The notes under the pieces were generated by a model. That model was not told the DNA's origin, did not search any database, and saw only the letters and a program-made list of their open reading frames with translations. This document shows, piece after piece, positions 10,940-21,200 of a stretch of DNA of 64,000 nt (the stretch's first letter is position 1; the number at the start of each line of letters is the position of its first letter). The stretch covers positions 2,074 through 66,073 of the forward strand of contig CAZWTW010000006.1 in NCBI GenBank assembly GCA_964637095.1, written 5' to 3'. A program made the translations under genes and the position numbers. The stretch is from an uncultured Gulosibacter sp. (GTDB taxonomy: Bacteria > Actinomycetota > Actinomycetes > Actinomycetales > Microbacteriaceae).

Positions 10940-11520
10940 TGGTTCGTTTGCTCTTGGTCGGCCCTCCGGGTGCCGGAAAGGGTACGCAGGCCGTTCGACT
11001 GGCTGAGGCGTACGGTATTCCCGCAATCTCGACCGGCGACATCTTCCGCGCCAACGTTCGTGATGAAACCCCGCTCGGTGTCGAGGCAAAGGGTTTCATG
11101 GACCGCGGTGAATACGTTCCCGATTCGCTGACCAACGCACTTGTCGCTGACCGTCTCGGGCACGACGACTGCACCCCCGGTTTCCTTCTCGACGGATACC
11201 CGCGGACGGTCGACCAGGTTCGCGCTCTTGACGAGGTTCTCGCCGACCAGGGCGAAAAGCTGGATGTCGTCGTCGAACTGACGGCCGACCCCGACGTCGT
11301 CGTCAACCGAATCCTGCTTCGCGCCAAGGATTCCGGCCGTTCCGATGACGCCGACGAAACGGTCATCCGCAACCGACTCGACGTGTACTCGCGCGAAACC
11401 GCTCCGCTCATCGAGGTTTATGGCGGCCGCGGACTTCTCGTCAGCGTCGACGGAATCGGCGAAATTGCCGAGGTTACTGGCCGAATTACCGCTGCGTTGA
11501 CCGCACGCGGAATCGGATAA
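10939..11520 (+). CDS. adk: Adenylate kinase, short-LID type
   Basis: [26 protein letters not shown], short LID ending GRSDD. Confidence 0.98.
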   Translation: MVRLLLVGPPGAGKGTQAVRLAEAYGIPAISTGDIFRANVRDETPLGVEAKGFMDRGEYVPDSLTNALVADRLGHDDCTPGFLLDGYPRTVDQVRALDEVLADQGEKLDVVVELTADPDVVVNRILLRAKDSGRSDDADETVIRNRLDVYSRETAPLIEVYGGRGLLVSVDGIGEIAEVTGRITAALTARGIG

Positions 11521-11642
11521 TACAACTCGCATTTGCGAATCAGCGCAATGTCGCGTATTCTCGTACTTTGGTGTGTCATGCCCCCGTGGCGTGTTCTCAC
11601 CGCCCGCACGACGTGCGGTTATCAGCAGCAACGAACGGACAC

Positions 11643-11864
11643 ATGGCTAACAAAGACGGCGTAATCGAGATCGAAGGTTCGGTCGTCGAAGCATTGCCTA
11701 ACGCAATGTTTCGAGTCGAACTGGCGAACGGCCACAAGGTACTCGCACACATCTCGGGCAAAATGCGTCAGCACTACATCCGCATCCTCCCCGAGGACCG
11801 CGTGATTGTTGAACTTAGCCCTTACGACCTCTCACGAGGCCGCATCGTTTACCGCTACAAGTAA
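11643..11864 (+). CDS. infA: Translation initiation factor IF-1
   Basis: [41 protein letters not shown]; start reset to ATG 11643. Confidence 0.98.
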   Translation: MANKDGVIEIEGSVVEALPNAMFRVELANGHKVLAHISGKMRQHYIRILPEDRVIVELSPYDLSRGRIVYRYK

Positions 11865-11924
11865 CCGCACAGAAGGAACGGCCCGGAACCCCGGGCACGA
11901 CGCCAGCGAACTAGGAGAAACACA

Positions 11925-12038
11925 ATGAAGGTCAACCCCAGCGTCAAGCCGATTTGCGACAAGTGCAAGGTCATTCGTCGTCACGGCAACGTCATGGTGA
12001 TCTGCGAGAACCCTCGCCACAAGCAGCGCCAGGGCTAA
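11925..12038 (+). CDS. rpmJ: 50S ribosomal protein L36 (37 aa, zinc-ribbon C+ form); not in supplied ORF track
   Basis: Manual translation [37 protein letters not shown]; SD AGGAG. Confidence 0.98.
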   Translation: MKVNPSVKPICDKCKVIRRHGNVMVICENPRHKQRQG

Positions 12039-12071
12039 AGCACCACCCCCTATAACTCAATACATTCATTT

Positions 12072-12141
12072 GCCGCGTCGGAACCCTTCGGGGGGACATC
12101 CTGAGTAAGAGGCTCAGGTACGGACGCTGGCTCAGACCTCT
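12072..12141 (+). promoter_or_regulatory. Structured leader upstream of rpsM (multi-stem, possible pseudoknot)
   Basis: GCCGCGTC/GACGC(T)GGC outer stem, CCC-TTCG-GGG hairpin, CCTGAG/CTCAGG hairpin whose loop AGAGG matches downstream CCTCT. Confidence 0.5.
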
Positions 12142-12162
12142 TCATTCACTAGGAGCAGCCTC

Positions 12163-12540
12163 ATGGCACGTCTCGCTGGAGTCGATATTCCCCGCGACAA
12201 GCGCGTGGAAATCGCACTTACCTACATTTACGGCGTTGGCCGTACCCGCTCGGTTCAGATTCTGACCGAAACGGCAATCGACAAGAACATCCGCGTCAAG
12301 GACCTCACCGACGACCAACTGGTTTCGTTGCGTGACTACATTGACGCCAACCTCAAGGTTGAAGGTGACCTGCGCCGTGAGGTTCAGGCCGACATTCGCC
12401 GCAAGGTCGAGCTCGGCTCGTACCAGGGAATCCGCCACCGTCGTGGACTTCCTGTTCACGGTCAGCGCACCAAGACCAACGCACGTACCCGCAAGGGCCC
12501 GAAGCGTACCGTCGCCGGCAAGAAGAAGGCCGGCCGCTAG
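12163..12540 (+). CDS. rpsM: 30S ribosomal protein S13
   Basis: [41 protein letters not shown]. Confidence 0.99.
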   Translation: MARLAGVDIPRDKRVEIALTYIYGVGRTRSVQILTETAIDKNIRVKDLTDDQLVSLRDYIDANLKVEGDLRREVQADIRRKVELGSYQGIRHRRGLPVHGQRTKTNARTRKGPKRTVAGKKKAGR

Positions 12541-12568
12541 TCGCGGCCCCAGGAAAGGGATCTGAACA

Positions 12569-12967
12569 ATGGCAGCACCGAAGACCGCAGGCCGTAAGCC
12601 GCGTCGTAAGGACAAGAAGAACATCGCTGTGGGCCACGCTCACATCAAGTCGACGTTCAACAACACGATCGTGTCGATCACCGACCCGACCGGAGCCGTC
12701 ATCTCGTGGGCGTCCTCGGGTGGCGTCGGCTTCAAGGGTTCGCGCAAGTCGACCCCGTTCGCCGCTCAGCTCGCCGCCGAGTCGGCCGCGCGTCAGGCGC
12801 AGGAGCACGGCGTCAAGAAGGTTGACGTTTTCGTCAAGGGACCCGGTTCGGGTCGCGAGACGGCGATTCGTTCACTTCAGGCCGCTGGCCTCGAGGTCGG
12901 ATCGATCACCGATGTGACGCCCCAGGCTCACAACGGTTGCCGTCCCCCCAAGCGTCGCCGCGTCTAA
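12569..12967 (+). CDS. rpsK: 30S ribosomal protein S11
   Basis: [40 protein letters not shown]. Confidence 0.99.
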   Translation: MAAPKTAGRKPRRKDKKNIAVGHAHIKSTFNNTIVSITDPTGAVISWASSGGVGFKGSRKSTPFAAQLAAESAARQAQEHGVKKVDVFVKGPGSGRETAIRSLQAAGLEVGSITDVTPQAHNGCRPPKRRRV

Positions 12968-13081
12968 CGCATCGCAGTTTGTGCGTGGCGGTTAGGTCCG
13001 CCCGACCGCCACGCTCCCAACAATTGAACAGCAGCATTCAGAGAAGTGTCATATAGCGGACACTGACCGAAAGGAAACCAC

Positions 13082-14062
13082 GTGCTCATTGCACAGCGCC
13101 CCACGCTCACCGAAAACAACATCTCCGACACTCGCTCGGCGTTCGTCATCGAACCGCTCGAACCTGGCTTCGGCTACACCCTCGGCAACTCGCTTCGCCG
13201 CACCCTGCTCTCGTCGATTCCGGGTGCAGCCGTTACGCGTTTCCGCGTAACCGGTGCAGCACACGAGTTCACGTCGCTTCCGGGCGTTGTCGAAGATGTC
13301 ACGGAAATCATCCTCAACATCAAGAACCTCACCGTTTCGAGCGAGCACGACGAGCCCGTTACCGCGTACCTTCGCAAGAAGGGCGCCGGCAACGCGACCG
13401 CTGCTGACATCACCGCTCCCGCCGGTGTCGAGATCCTCAACAAGGACCTCCACATCGCGACCCTCTCGAAGGAAGGCAACCTCGAAATCGAGTTGACCAT
13501 CGAGCGTGGACGTGGATATGTCTCGGTTGAGCAGAACAAGTTCGCTGGTGCCCCCATCGGAACCATCGCGATCGACTCGATCTACTCGCCCGTCACCAAG
13601 GTCACCTACCGCGTCGAGGCAACTCGTGCGGGAGAGCGCACCGACTTCGACCGCCTGGTCGTTGAGGTTGACACCAAGGCGTCAATCACCCCGCGCGACG
13701 CTGTCGCATCGGCTGGTGGAACCCTCGTCGAACTGTTCGGTCTTGCTCGCGAGCTGAACACCGAAGCAGAAGGTATCGAAATCGGACCCCGCTACAGCGA
13801 CGCACCCGTCGCCGAGGGCATGGACATCCGCATCGAAGAACTCGACCTCACGGTCCGTTCGTTCAACTGCCTCAAGCGCGAAGGAATCAACACCCTCGCC
13901 GAACTGGTGAACCTCACCGAGCACCAGCTCATGAACATCCGCAACTTTGGCCAGAAGTCGGTTGACGAGGTCCTCGAGAAGCTCGTCGAACGCGGGCTTT
14001 CCCTCAAGGACGGCGTTGCCGGAGCAGACAGCTCGTACTTCTACGAGGCCGCAGACGAGTAA
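13082..14062 (+). CDS. rpoA: RNA polymerase alpha subunit
   Basis: [50 protein letters not shown]; GTG start after AAAGGA. Confidence 0.99.
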   Translation: MLIAQRPTLTENNISDTRSAFVIEPLEPGFGYTLGNSLRRTLLSSIPGAAVTRFRVTGAAHEFTSLPGVVEDVTEIILNIKNLTVSSEHDEPVTAYLRKKGAGNATAADITAPAGVEILNKDLHIATLSKEGNLEIELTIERGRGYVSVEQNKFAGAPIGTIAIDSIYSPVTKVTYRVEATRAGERTDFDRLVVEVDTKASITPRDAVASAGGTLVELFGLARELNTEAEGIEIGPRYSDAPVAEGMDIRIEELDLTVRSFNCLKREGINTLAELVNLTEHQLMNIRNFGQKSVDEVLEKLVERGLSLKDGVAGADSSYFYEAADE

Positions 14063-14103
14063 GACCCCGCGAGTTACTCACTCGTACCGAATAGGAGAAC
14101 ACA

Positions 14104-14742
14104 ATGCCTAAGCCCACGAAGGGACCCCGCCTCGGAGGCGGACCCGCTCACGAGCGCCTGTTGCTCGCGAACCTCGCGGTTGCTCTTTTCACCCACAAGT
14201 CGATCCAGACGACCGAGACCAAGGCGAAGCGTCTTCAGCCGCTCGCTGAGCGTCTCGTGACCTTCGGAAAGCGCGGAGACCTCCACGCTCGCCGTCGCGT
14301 CCTCGCGATCCTCCGCAACAAGGATGCAACGCACGAGCTCTTCGCTGCGATCGCACCCCTCGTCGCTGAGCGTCAGGGTGGCTACACGCGCATCACCAAG
14401 ACTGGCTTCCGCAAGGGCGACAACGCCCCCATGGCGGTCATCGAGCTCGTTCTCGAGCCCGTGAACCCGAAGCCCAAGACCAAGAAGGCAAAGGCTGAGC
14501 CCGTCAAGGCAGCAGTCAAGGCCGCTCCGGTCGCCGAGGTTGTCGAGGAAGCCGTAGTCGCAGACGAGGTCGTCGAGACCGAGGTTGTTGACGCTCCGGT
14601 TCAGGCAGTAGAAGTTGAAGCGACCGAGGTCGTTGAAGCCGAAGCTCCCGCCGACGAAGCAGCAGCCGACGAGGCTGTCGCCGAGGAAGCACCCGCCGCG
14701 GAGGCCGCTGACGAAGCAGCCGCCGAAGGCGACGACAAGTAG
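14104..14742 (+). CDS. rplQ: 50S ribosomal protein L17 with long acidic C-terminal tail
   Basis: [40 protein letters not shown]. Confidence 0.98.
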   Translation: MPKPTKGPRLGGGPAHERLLLANLAVALFTHKSIQTTETKAKRLQPLAERLVTFGKRGDLHARRRVLAILRNKDATHELFAAIAPLVAERQGGYTRITKTGFRKGDNAPMAVIELVLEPVNPKPKTKKAKAEPVKAAVKAAPVAEVVEEAVVADEVVETEVVDAPVQAVEVEATEVVEAEAPADEAAADEAVAEEAPAAEAADEAAAEGDDK

Positions 14743-14751
14743 TACATCGTG

Positions 14752-14782
14752 CACAAGGCCCGGGGAAACCTCGGGCCTTGTG
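14752..14782 (+). terminator. Intrinsic terminator-like hairpin after rplQ
   Basis: CACAAGGCCCGGGG-AAA-CCTCGGGCCTTGTG. Confidence 0.75.
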
Positions 14783-14801
14783 TCGTTAACGGGAGGCGCG
14801 C

Positions 14802-15602
14802 ATGAGACTGCGAATTGACCTCGCCTATGACGGAACCGATTTCTCCGGCTGGGCGAAACAGCCCGACCTTCTCACTGTGCAGGGATCGCTCGATGATGCT
14901 CTCATGACCATCCTGCGTCTCGACGAGGTGCACACTGTCGTTGCCGGTCGCACGGACGCAGGAGTCCACGCGATGGGCCAGGTTGTCCACGTCGATGTTC
15001 CCGATGACGTTGACCCCAGCACGCTCGCCATGCGCCTCAACTCGTTCCTGGCGCAGTCCGCGATCTCGATTCACTCTGTGCGCGAGGCCGACCCCGGATT
15101 CGACGCACGCTTCTCGCCGATCTATCGCCGGTACGAGTACCGCATCACGGACACGTCGTCGATTCGTGACCCGCGCACTCGGCACTACACGTTGTGGATG
15201 GACGAGGCGTTGGACGTCGACGCCATGAACACCGCTGCGCAGTCGCTGCTGGGGCTTCACGACTGGACGACGTACTGCAAGCCCCGTGAGGGTGCCACGC
15301 GCGTTCGCGACCTGCAGCGATTCGATTGGCACCGCGACGAGTACGGGGTGCTCGTCTCCACGATTCAGGCCGACGCGTTCTGTCACAACATGGTGCGCAA
15401 CCTGGTGGGTGTGTGCGTCGCCGTGGGCCGAGGCCGACTCGAACCGGCGGACGCCGTCATCCTGCGCGACCAGCGAGTCCGCACCGCGGCCTTCGCCGTG
15501 TTGCCGCCGCAGGGGTTGACTTTGGCCGAAGTGGGGTATCCGGACGCCGCTGGTCTCGCACTGCGCGCCGAAGAGTCGCGTCGCCGACGTGACCCAGTTT
15601 GA
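14802..15602 (+). CDS. truA: tRNA pseudouridine(38-40) synthase
   Basis: AYDGTDFSGWAKQ, AGRTDAGVHA, FDARFS, ADAFCHNMVR, GLTL.EVGY. Confidence 0.97.
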   Translation: MRLRIDLAYDGTDFSGWAKQPDLLTVQGSLDDALMTILRLDEVHTVVAGRTDAGVHAMGQVVHVDVPDDVDPSTLAMRLNSFLAQSAISIHSVREADPGFDARFSPIYRRYEYRITDTSSIRDPRTRHYTLWMDEALDVDAMNTAAQSLLGLHDWTTYCKPREGATRVRDLQRFDWHRDEYGVLVSTIQADAFCHNMVRNLVGVCVAVGRGRLEPADAVILRDQRVRTAAFAVLPPQGLTLAEVGYPDAAGLALRAEESRRRRDPV

Positions 15603-15738
15603 CCAGCGCGCTGAACTCTTGTACTCTTGAACCTTGGTGCCCGACCGGGTGCCTGGTTGAGCCCTCCACCGAGTCTTTCCTTAGAAAGCCTCACCGGAGC
15701 GGGATTCACGAACTACTCGAACCGAAAGCGCTACTACC

Positions 15739-16185
15739 GTGACGCGTACATTCTCACCCAAGCCCGCTGACATCCAGCGCGAGTGGATCATCATCGATGC
15801 AGCCGACGTTATTCTCGGTCGCCTCGCGAGCCACGCCGCTGTTCTTCTCCGCGGAAAGCACAAGCCCACCTTTGCCCAGCACATGGACATGGGTGACTTC
15901 GTCATCATCGTCAACGCAGGCAAGGTTGCCCTCACCGGCTCCAAGCTCTCGCAGAAGATGGCCTACCGCCACTCGGGTTACCCGGGCGGACTGAAGGCCG
16001 TTGCGTACTCGGAACTTCTCGAGAAGAACCCTGTTCGCGCCGTCGAGAAGGCCATCCGTGGCATGCTCCCCAAGAACTCGCTCGGAGCCGACCAGTTCCG
16101 CAAGCTCAAGGTGTACGCGGGTGCCGAGCACCCTCACGTGGCACAGCAGCCCAAGCCCTACGTATTCGACCAGGTCGCGCAGTAA
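15739..16185 (+). CDS. rplM: 50S ribosomal protein L13
   Basis: [38 protein letters not shown]. Confidence 0.99.
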   Translation: MTRTFSPKPADIQREWIIIDAADVILGRLASHAAVLLRGKHKPTFAQHMDMGDFVIIVNAGKVALTGSKLSQKMAYRHSGYPGGLKAVAYSELLEKNPVRAVEKAIRGMLPKNSLGADQFRKLKVYAGAEHPHVAQQPKPYVFDQVAQ

Positions 16186-16208
16186 GCGCCGGATAGAGGA
16201 TTAGAACA

Positions 16209-16655
16209 ATGGCAACAGTAAGCGAAAGCACCGCAACCGCGGCAAAGGCTCCCAAGCTCTCCCTCTCGGTCGCCGGCGCAGCCGTCGGTCGTCGTAAGGA
16301 AGCGATTGCTCGCGTCCGTCTCGTTCCCGGTACCGGATCGGTCACCGTCAACGGTCGTGCACTCGACGAGTACTTCCCCAACAAGCTGCACCAGCAGCTC
16401 ATCAAGGCTCCTTTCACCATCCTCGAGCTCGGTTCGTCGTACGACGTCATCGCGCGCATCTCGGGTGGTGGCCCTTCGGGTCAGGCTGGCGCACTCCGTC
16501 TCGGAATCGCCCGTGCCCTCAACGAGATCGACACCGAGAACAACCGTCCCGCTCTCAAGAAGGCCGGCTTCCTCTCGCGCGACGCACGTATCAAGGAGCG
16601 CAAGAAGGCTGGTCTCAAGAAGGCCCGCAAGGCTCCTCAATACTCGAAGCGTTAA
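16209..16655 (+). CDS. rpsI: 30S ribosomal protein S9
   Basis: [39 protein letters not shown]. Confidence 0.99.
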   Translation: MATVSESTATAAKAPKLSLSVAGAAVGRRKEAIARVRLVPGTGSVTVNGRALDEYFPNKLHQQLIKAPFTILELGSSYDVIARISGGGPSGQAGALRLGIARALNEIDTENNRPALKKAGFLSRDARIKERKKAGLKKARKAPQYSKR

Positions 16656-16669
16656 TCGGCTTCACCGCG

Positions 16670-18031
16670 ATGTCGCGTCTCTTCGGGACCGATGGCGTCC
16701 GTGGGCTGGCGAATGCCGAGCTCACGGCCGACCTCGCGTTGCACCTCGCCCAAGCGGCGTCACAGGTGCTGACCCAAGGACGCCACGCGGACGAGGTTCG
16801 TGCCGAGGGACGAAAGCCTCGCGCGATCGTCGCTCGCGACCCGCGCATCTCGGGTGAATTTCTCACCGCCGCAGTGTCGGCGGGACTTGCAAGCTCCGGT
16901 ATCGATGTTCTCGATGCCGGAGTTTTGCCTACCCCCGCAACTGCATTTCTCGTGAGCGACATCCACGCTGACTTCGGGGTCATGATTTCTGCGTCCCACA
17001 ACAAGGCTCCAGACAACGGAATCAAGTTCTTCTCGTACGGCGGAACCAAATTGCCCGACGAGGTTGAGGACCGCATCGAGCAGGCGCTCGAGGGACCGCG
17101 ACTTCTGCCGACCGGAGCTGGTGTCGGTCGCATTCGACGTTTCGCCGACGCCGAGGACCGTTACATCCTGCACTTGCTGGCGACGCTCGACGTGTCGCTC
17201 GAGGGGCTTCACGTCGTCATCGATTGTGCAAACGGCGCTGCCGCGGGAATCTCACCGCGTGCGTTCAAGGACGCCGGCGCGACCATTACCGTCATTGGTT
17301 CCGACCCCGACGGGCTGAACATCAACGAGGGCTGTGGGTCGACCGACCTCGCGTTGCTTCAGCGGACCGTCCTCGAAACCGGCGCCGACCTGGGCATCGC
17401 CCACGACGGAGACGCGGATCGCTGCCTCGCGGTCGACGCGAATGGCGCAATCATCGACGGAGATCACCTCATGGCCATCGTCGCCGTATCCATGAAGAAC
17501 CGCGGACTTCTGGCTCACAACACCTTGGTCGCCACCGTGATGAGCAATCTCGGGCTTGAACTGGCGATGGAGGCGAACGGCATCGACCTCGTTCGCACGG
17601 CCGTCGGCGACCGTTATGTTCTCGACGAGATGGAATCGACCGGGTTCATACTCGGCGGCGAACAGTCGGGGCACATCATTTTCCGCGAGCACTCGACGAC
17701 CGGTGATGGTCTGTTGACGGGACTGCAGGTCGCCGCCGAGATGGCGCGCAGCGGAAAGACGCTCGCCGAGTTGGCGACGGTCATGACCGCACTTCCCCAG
17801 ATCCTCGTCAACGTAAAGAATGTCAACCTGTCTGCTCTCGCCGGCGACGCCGAGATCTCTGCGCTTGTCGCTGAACTTGAAACCGAATTGGGGGACACGG
17901 GACGTATCCTGTTGCGCCCGTCGGGAACCGAGCCCTTGGTGCGAATCATGGTCGAGGCGGCAACACAGGAACGTGCTGACGATGTCGCACACCGCATCGC
18001 CGCGCTCGTTACCGAACGCCTCGGCCTCTAG
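16670..18031 (+). CDS. glmM: Phosphoglucosamine mutase
   Basis: [35 protein letters not shown]. Confidence 0.97.
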   Translation: MSRLFGTDGVRGLANAELTADLALHLAQAASQVLTQGRHADEVRAEGRKPRAIVARDPRISGEFLTAAVSAGLASSGIDVLDAGVLPTPATAFLVSDIHADFGVMISASHNKAPDNGIKFFSYGGTKLPDEVEDRIEQALEGPRLLPTGAGVGRIRRFADAEDRYILHLLATLDVSLEGLHVVIDCANGAAAGISPRAFKDAGATITVIGSDPDGLNINEGCGSTDLALLQRTVLETGADLGIAHDGDADRCLAVDANGAIIDGDHLMAIVAVSMKNRGLLAHNTLVATVMSNLGLELAMEANGIDLVRTAVGDRYVLDEMESTGFILGGEQSGHIIFREHSTTGDGLLTGLQVAAEMARSGKTLAELATVMTALPQILVNVKNVNLSALAGDAEISALVAELETELGDTGRILLRPSGTEPLVRIMVEAATQERADDVAHRIAALVTERLGL

Positions 18032-18966
18032 ATCTTGCGGAGTGACACCGTCGACACGGTGTGATCGCGCTCTTTGCGCAACACCAGGGTTGCGCGTGCC
18101 CGCGTCGGTGCGATGTTCTCGACCAGGTTGGGCTCGTTGACGGTGGTCCAGAACCCCAGCGCGATGTCGGTCGCTTCGTCGTCCGTGAGGTTGGCGTATC
18201 GGTGGAAGTAGGAATCCTCGCGGGCAAACGCACCCGACTTCAACTGCAGAAAGCGGTCGAGGTACCAGCTCTTGATGTCTTCCGTGTCGGCGTCGACATA
18301 AATTCCGAAGTCGAACAGGTCGGACAGGGCGAGCTCTTGGCCCAGCGTCGGCGGTTGCAAAACGTTGAGGCCCTCGATGATGAGGATGTCGGGTCGCGTC
18401 ACCACGATGTGTTCGTCCGACACGATGTCGTAGGACAAGTGCGAGTACACAGGTGCGGTGACCTCCGTGGTGCCCGACTTGATCTGCGTGACGAACTCGA
18501 TCAGCGACCGCCGGTCGTACGACTCGGGGAATCCCTTTCGGTGACTAATCCCGCGCTTCTCCAGTTCCGCGTTGGGGTAAAGGAACCCGTCCGTCGTAAC
18601 GAGCGCGATGTTCGGGGTCTCTGGGTCGCGCGACAGCAATTCGCGCAGGAGTCGCGACACCGTGGACTTTCCGACAGCAACTGAGCCGGCAACTCCGATG
18701 ACGAACGGCGTGTGCGTGTTGGACAACCCAAGAAAGTTCGACGTCACCGCGTGTGTTTCGCGCGCAGCCTTGGCATACAGCGACAGCAATCGTGTCAACG
18801 GGATGTAAATCGAGTCGACTTCGTCCAGATCGAGCGCGTCTCCGAGCCCGCGAAGTCGGTTCACCTCTGCTTCGGTGAGCGGATTACCCAGTGAGGACGC
18901 CAAATCAGACCACCGTTCGCGAGGAATCTCGTGGAACGGTGTCAACGGGGCGGGACTGTCCGACAT
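18028..18966 (-). CDS. coaA: Type I pantothenate kinase
   Basis: [43 protein letters not shown]; start reset to ATG 18966 to avoid overlapping glmS. Confidence 0.96.
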   Translation of the reverse strand: MSDSPAPLTPFHEIPRERWSDLASSLGNPLTEAEVNRLRGLGDALDLDEVDSIYIPLTRLLSLYAKAARETHAVTSNFLGLSNTHTPFVIGVAGSVAVGKSTVSRLLRELLSRDPETPNIALVTTDGFLYPNAELEKRGISHRKGFPESYDRRSLIEFVTQIKSGTTEVTAPVYSHLSYDIVSDEHIVVTRPDILIIEGLNVLQPPTLGQELALSDLFDFGIYVDADTEDIKSWYLDRFLQLKSGAFAREDSYFHRYANLTDDEATDIALGFWTTVNEPNLVENIAPTRARATLVLRKERDHTVSTVSLRKI

Positions 18967-19011
18967 CGCCTCAACGATACCCCGAGCGGGGTGCTCGCCT
19001 AGACTGTAGGC

Positions 19012-20847
19012 ATGTGCGGAATCGTTGGATATGTGGGACCCCGTGGCTCTGAAGCCGTTTTGTTGGGCGGGCTCGGTCGACTGGAATACCGCGGATATGA
19101 CTCCGCCGGTATCGCGATCATCTCCGATGGACTCGAATCCCGCAAGCGCGCTGGCAAGCTGCAAGAACTGCGTGACGAGCTCGTCGCGAACCCGTTGCAC
19201 GACGGTCACACCGGAATTGGTCACACTCGGTGGGCAACGCACGGTGCACCGAACGACGTCAACGCTCACCCGCACATCGCCGATGACGGCAAACTCGCGC
19301 TAATTCACAACGGAATCATCGAAAACTTTTCCGAACTCAAGGCAGAACTGCTCGCCGAAGGATACGAATTCACGAGCGAAACGGACTCGGAAGTCGCCGC
19401 GCACCTCGTCGCTCGCGCGTACCACCAGACGAACAACCTGACTGAAGCCCTTCGGGCCGTCGTGAACCGCCTCGACGGCGCATTCACTCTGCTAGTGGTC
19501 CACGAGAACGAACCGAATGTTGTCGTCGGCGCTCGCCGTAACTCGCCCCTCGTCATTGGGCTGGGTGAAGGCGAAAACTTCCTCGGAAGTGACGTCGCCG
19601 CGTTCGTCGAGTTCACTCGCAACGCGCTGGCAATCGGTCAGGACCAGATCGTCACGATCACTCGTGACGCCGTGTCCGTCATCGACTTCGACGGCAACAC
19701 GGTTCAGCCCGAGCCGTTCGAGGTCACGTGGGACGCCTCCGCCGCTACTAAGGGTGGCTGGCCGTCGTTCATGGCCAAGGAAATCAGTGAAGAGCCCCAG
19801 GCCGTCGCCGACACGATCCGTGGTCGCATCAAAGACGGACTCGTTCACATTGATGGATTCGACCCCAAGGCGCTCGCTGGTATCGAACGCATCATTGTTT
19901 TGGGCTGCGGAACCGCCGCGTACTCAGGTCTCGTCGGCAAGTACGCGATCGAGCAGTGGGCGCGGATCCCCGTCGATGTCGAACTGAGCCACGAATTCCG
20001 CTACCGCGAGCCCGTGCTCGGCCCGAACACGCTCGTCGTTTCGGTGTCTCAGTCGGGTGAAACGATGGACACGCTCATGGCGGTCAAGTACGCCCGTGAA
20101 ATCGGTGCGCGCACGCTGTCCATCTGCAACACGCAGGGCGCGACGATTCCCCGCGAGAGCGACGACATCATATACACGCACGCTGGACCCGAGGTGGCTG
20201 TTGCATCGACCAAGGCGTTCGTCGCCCAGGTCACCGCGCTGTACCTGCTCGGTCTCGCGATTGGCCAAGCAAACGGCAAGGGTGACCCGGCCGCACTCGC
20301 CACCGTCGTTCGTGACCTCGAGGCGACCCCGACTCTGATCGAGACCGTTCTGCAGCAGGGCGAGCGGATCAAGACGATGGCGAAGTGGATGGCAGACACG
20401 CAGGCGATTCTGTTGCTCGGTCGCCACGTCGGCTTCCCGATCGCCCTCGAAGGCGCCCTCAAGCTCAAAGAGCTCGCGTACATCCACGCGGAAGGTTTCG
20501 CCGCCGGTGAACTCAAGCACGGCCCAATCGCACTCATCGAGCCCGGCCAGGTTGTTTTCGTGATCGTTCCCAGCCCGCGCGACCCCAACTCGTTGCACCC
20601 CAAGGTTGTGTCCAACATTCAGGAAATTCGTGCACGCGGTGCGCGCGTCATCGCGATTGCGGAACAGGGTGACGCGGCAGTTCTGCCGTTCGCTGACGAA
20701 GTAATCCCGATCCCGCTCGCATCCTCGTTTATCGAGCCGATTCTTGCGGTCGTTCCGTTGCACATTTTTGCTATGGAACTCGCGGCCGCGAAGGGCCTCG
20801 ACGTCGACCAGCCTCGAAACCTCGCCAAGTCCGTCACGGTGGAATAA
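19012..20847 (+). CDS. glmS: Glutamine--fructose-6-phosphate transaminase (isomerizing)
   Basis: MCGIVG, LEYRGYDSAG, GHTRWATHG, SQSGET, ELKHGP, PRNLAKSVTVE. Confidence 0.99.
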   Translation: MCGIVGYVGPRGSEAVLLGGLGRLEYRGYDSAGIAIISDGLESRKRAGKLQELRDELVANPLHDGHTGIGHTRWATHGAPNDVNAHPHIADDGKLALIHNGIIENFSELKAELLAEGYEFTSETDSEVAAHLVARAYHQTNNLTEALRAVVNRLDGAFTLLVVHENEPNVVVGARRNSPLVIGLGEGENFLGSDVAAFVEFTRNALAIGQDQIVTITRDAVSVIDFDGNTVQPEPFEVTWDASAATKGGWPSFMAKEISEEPQAVADTIRGRIKDGLVHIDGFDPKALAGIERIIVLGCGTAAYSGLVGKYAIEQWARIPVDVELSHEFRYREPVLGPNTLVVSVSQSGETMDTLMAVKYAREIGARTLSICNTQGATIPRESDDIIYTHAGPEVAVASTKAFVAQVTALYLLGLAIGQANGKGDPAALATVVRDLEATPTLIETVLQQGERIKTMAKWMADTQAILLLGRHVGFPIALEGALKLKELAYIHAEGFAAGELKHGPIALIEPGQVVFVIVPSPRDPNSLHPKVVSNIQEIRARGARVIAIAEQGDAAVLPFADEVIPIPLASSFIEPILAVVPLHIFAMELAAAKGLDVDQPRNLAKSVTVE

Positions 20848-20849
20848 CC

Positions 20850-21200
20850 ATGGCGATCGTCGGACACGGCATCGACATTGTGGATGTGACTCGCTTCGGC
20901 GAGAAACTCGAGCGAACGCCCGCACTGCGTGGTCGACTCTTCACGGCGTCAGAGCAAGCCATGCCGCTCGAGTCGATGGCCGCACGCTTTGCGGCCAAGG
21001 AAGCTCTGATTAAGGCGCTCGGCGGAAGCAGTGATTTTCGTTTCGTTGATGTCGAGATTCCCCGCGGAGATGGCCGACCCGAGTTCACCTTGAGCGGTGA
21101 CATCGCGGGCGCTGTCGAGCACCTCGGCATTCACCTGCACCTGTCGATCAGCCACGACGGTGGAATGGCCGTTGCCAGTGTGATCGCGGAGTCGCGATGA
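20850..21200 (+). CDS. acpS: Holo-[acyl-carrier-protein] synthase
   Basis: GHGIDIV, AARFAAKEALIKA, HLSISHD. Confidence 0.95.
   Translation: MAIVGHGIDIVDVTRFGEKLERTPALRGRLFTASEQAMPLESMAARFAAKEALIKALGGSSDFRFVDVEIPRGDGRPEFTLSGDIAGAVEHLGIHLHLSISHDGGMAVASVIAESR

Noticed and set aside
18967-19275. N-terminal extension of coaA in the ORF track (415 aa) overlapping glmS
   Set aside because: The extension is antisense to glmS; ATG 18966 with a -10 seven nt upstream gives a normal-length CoaA.
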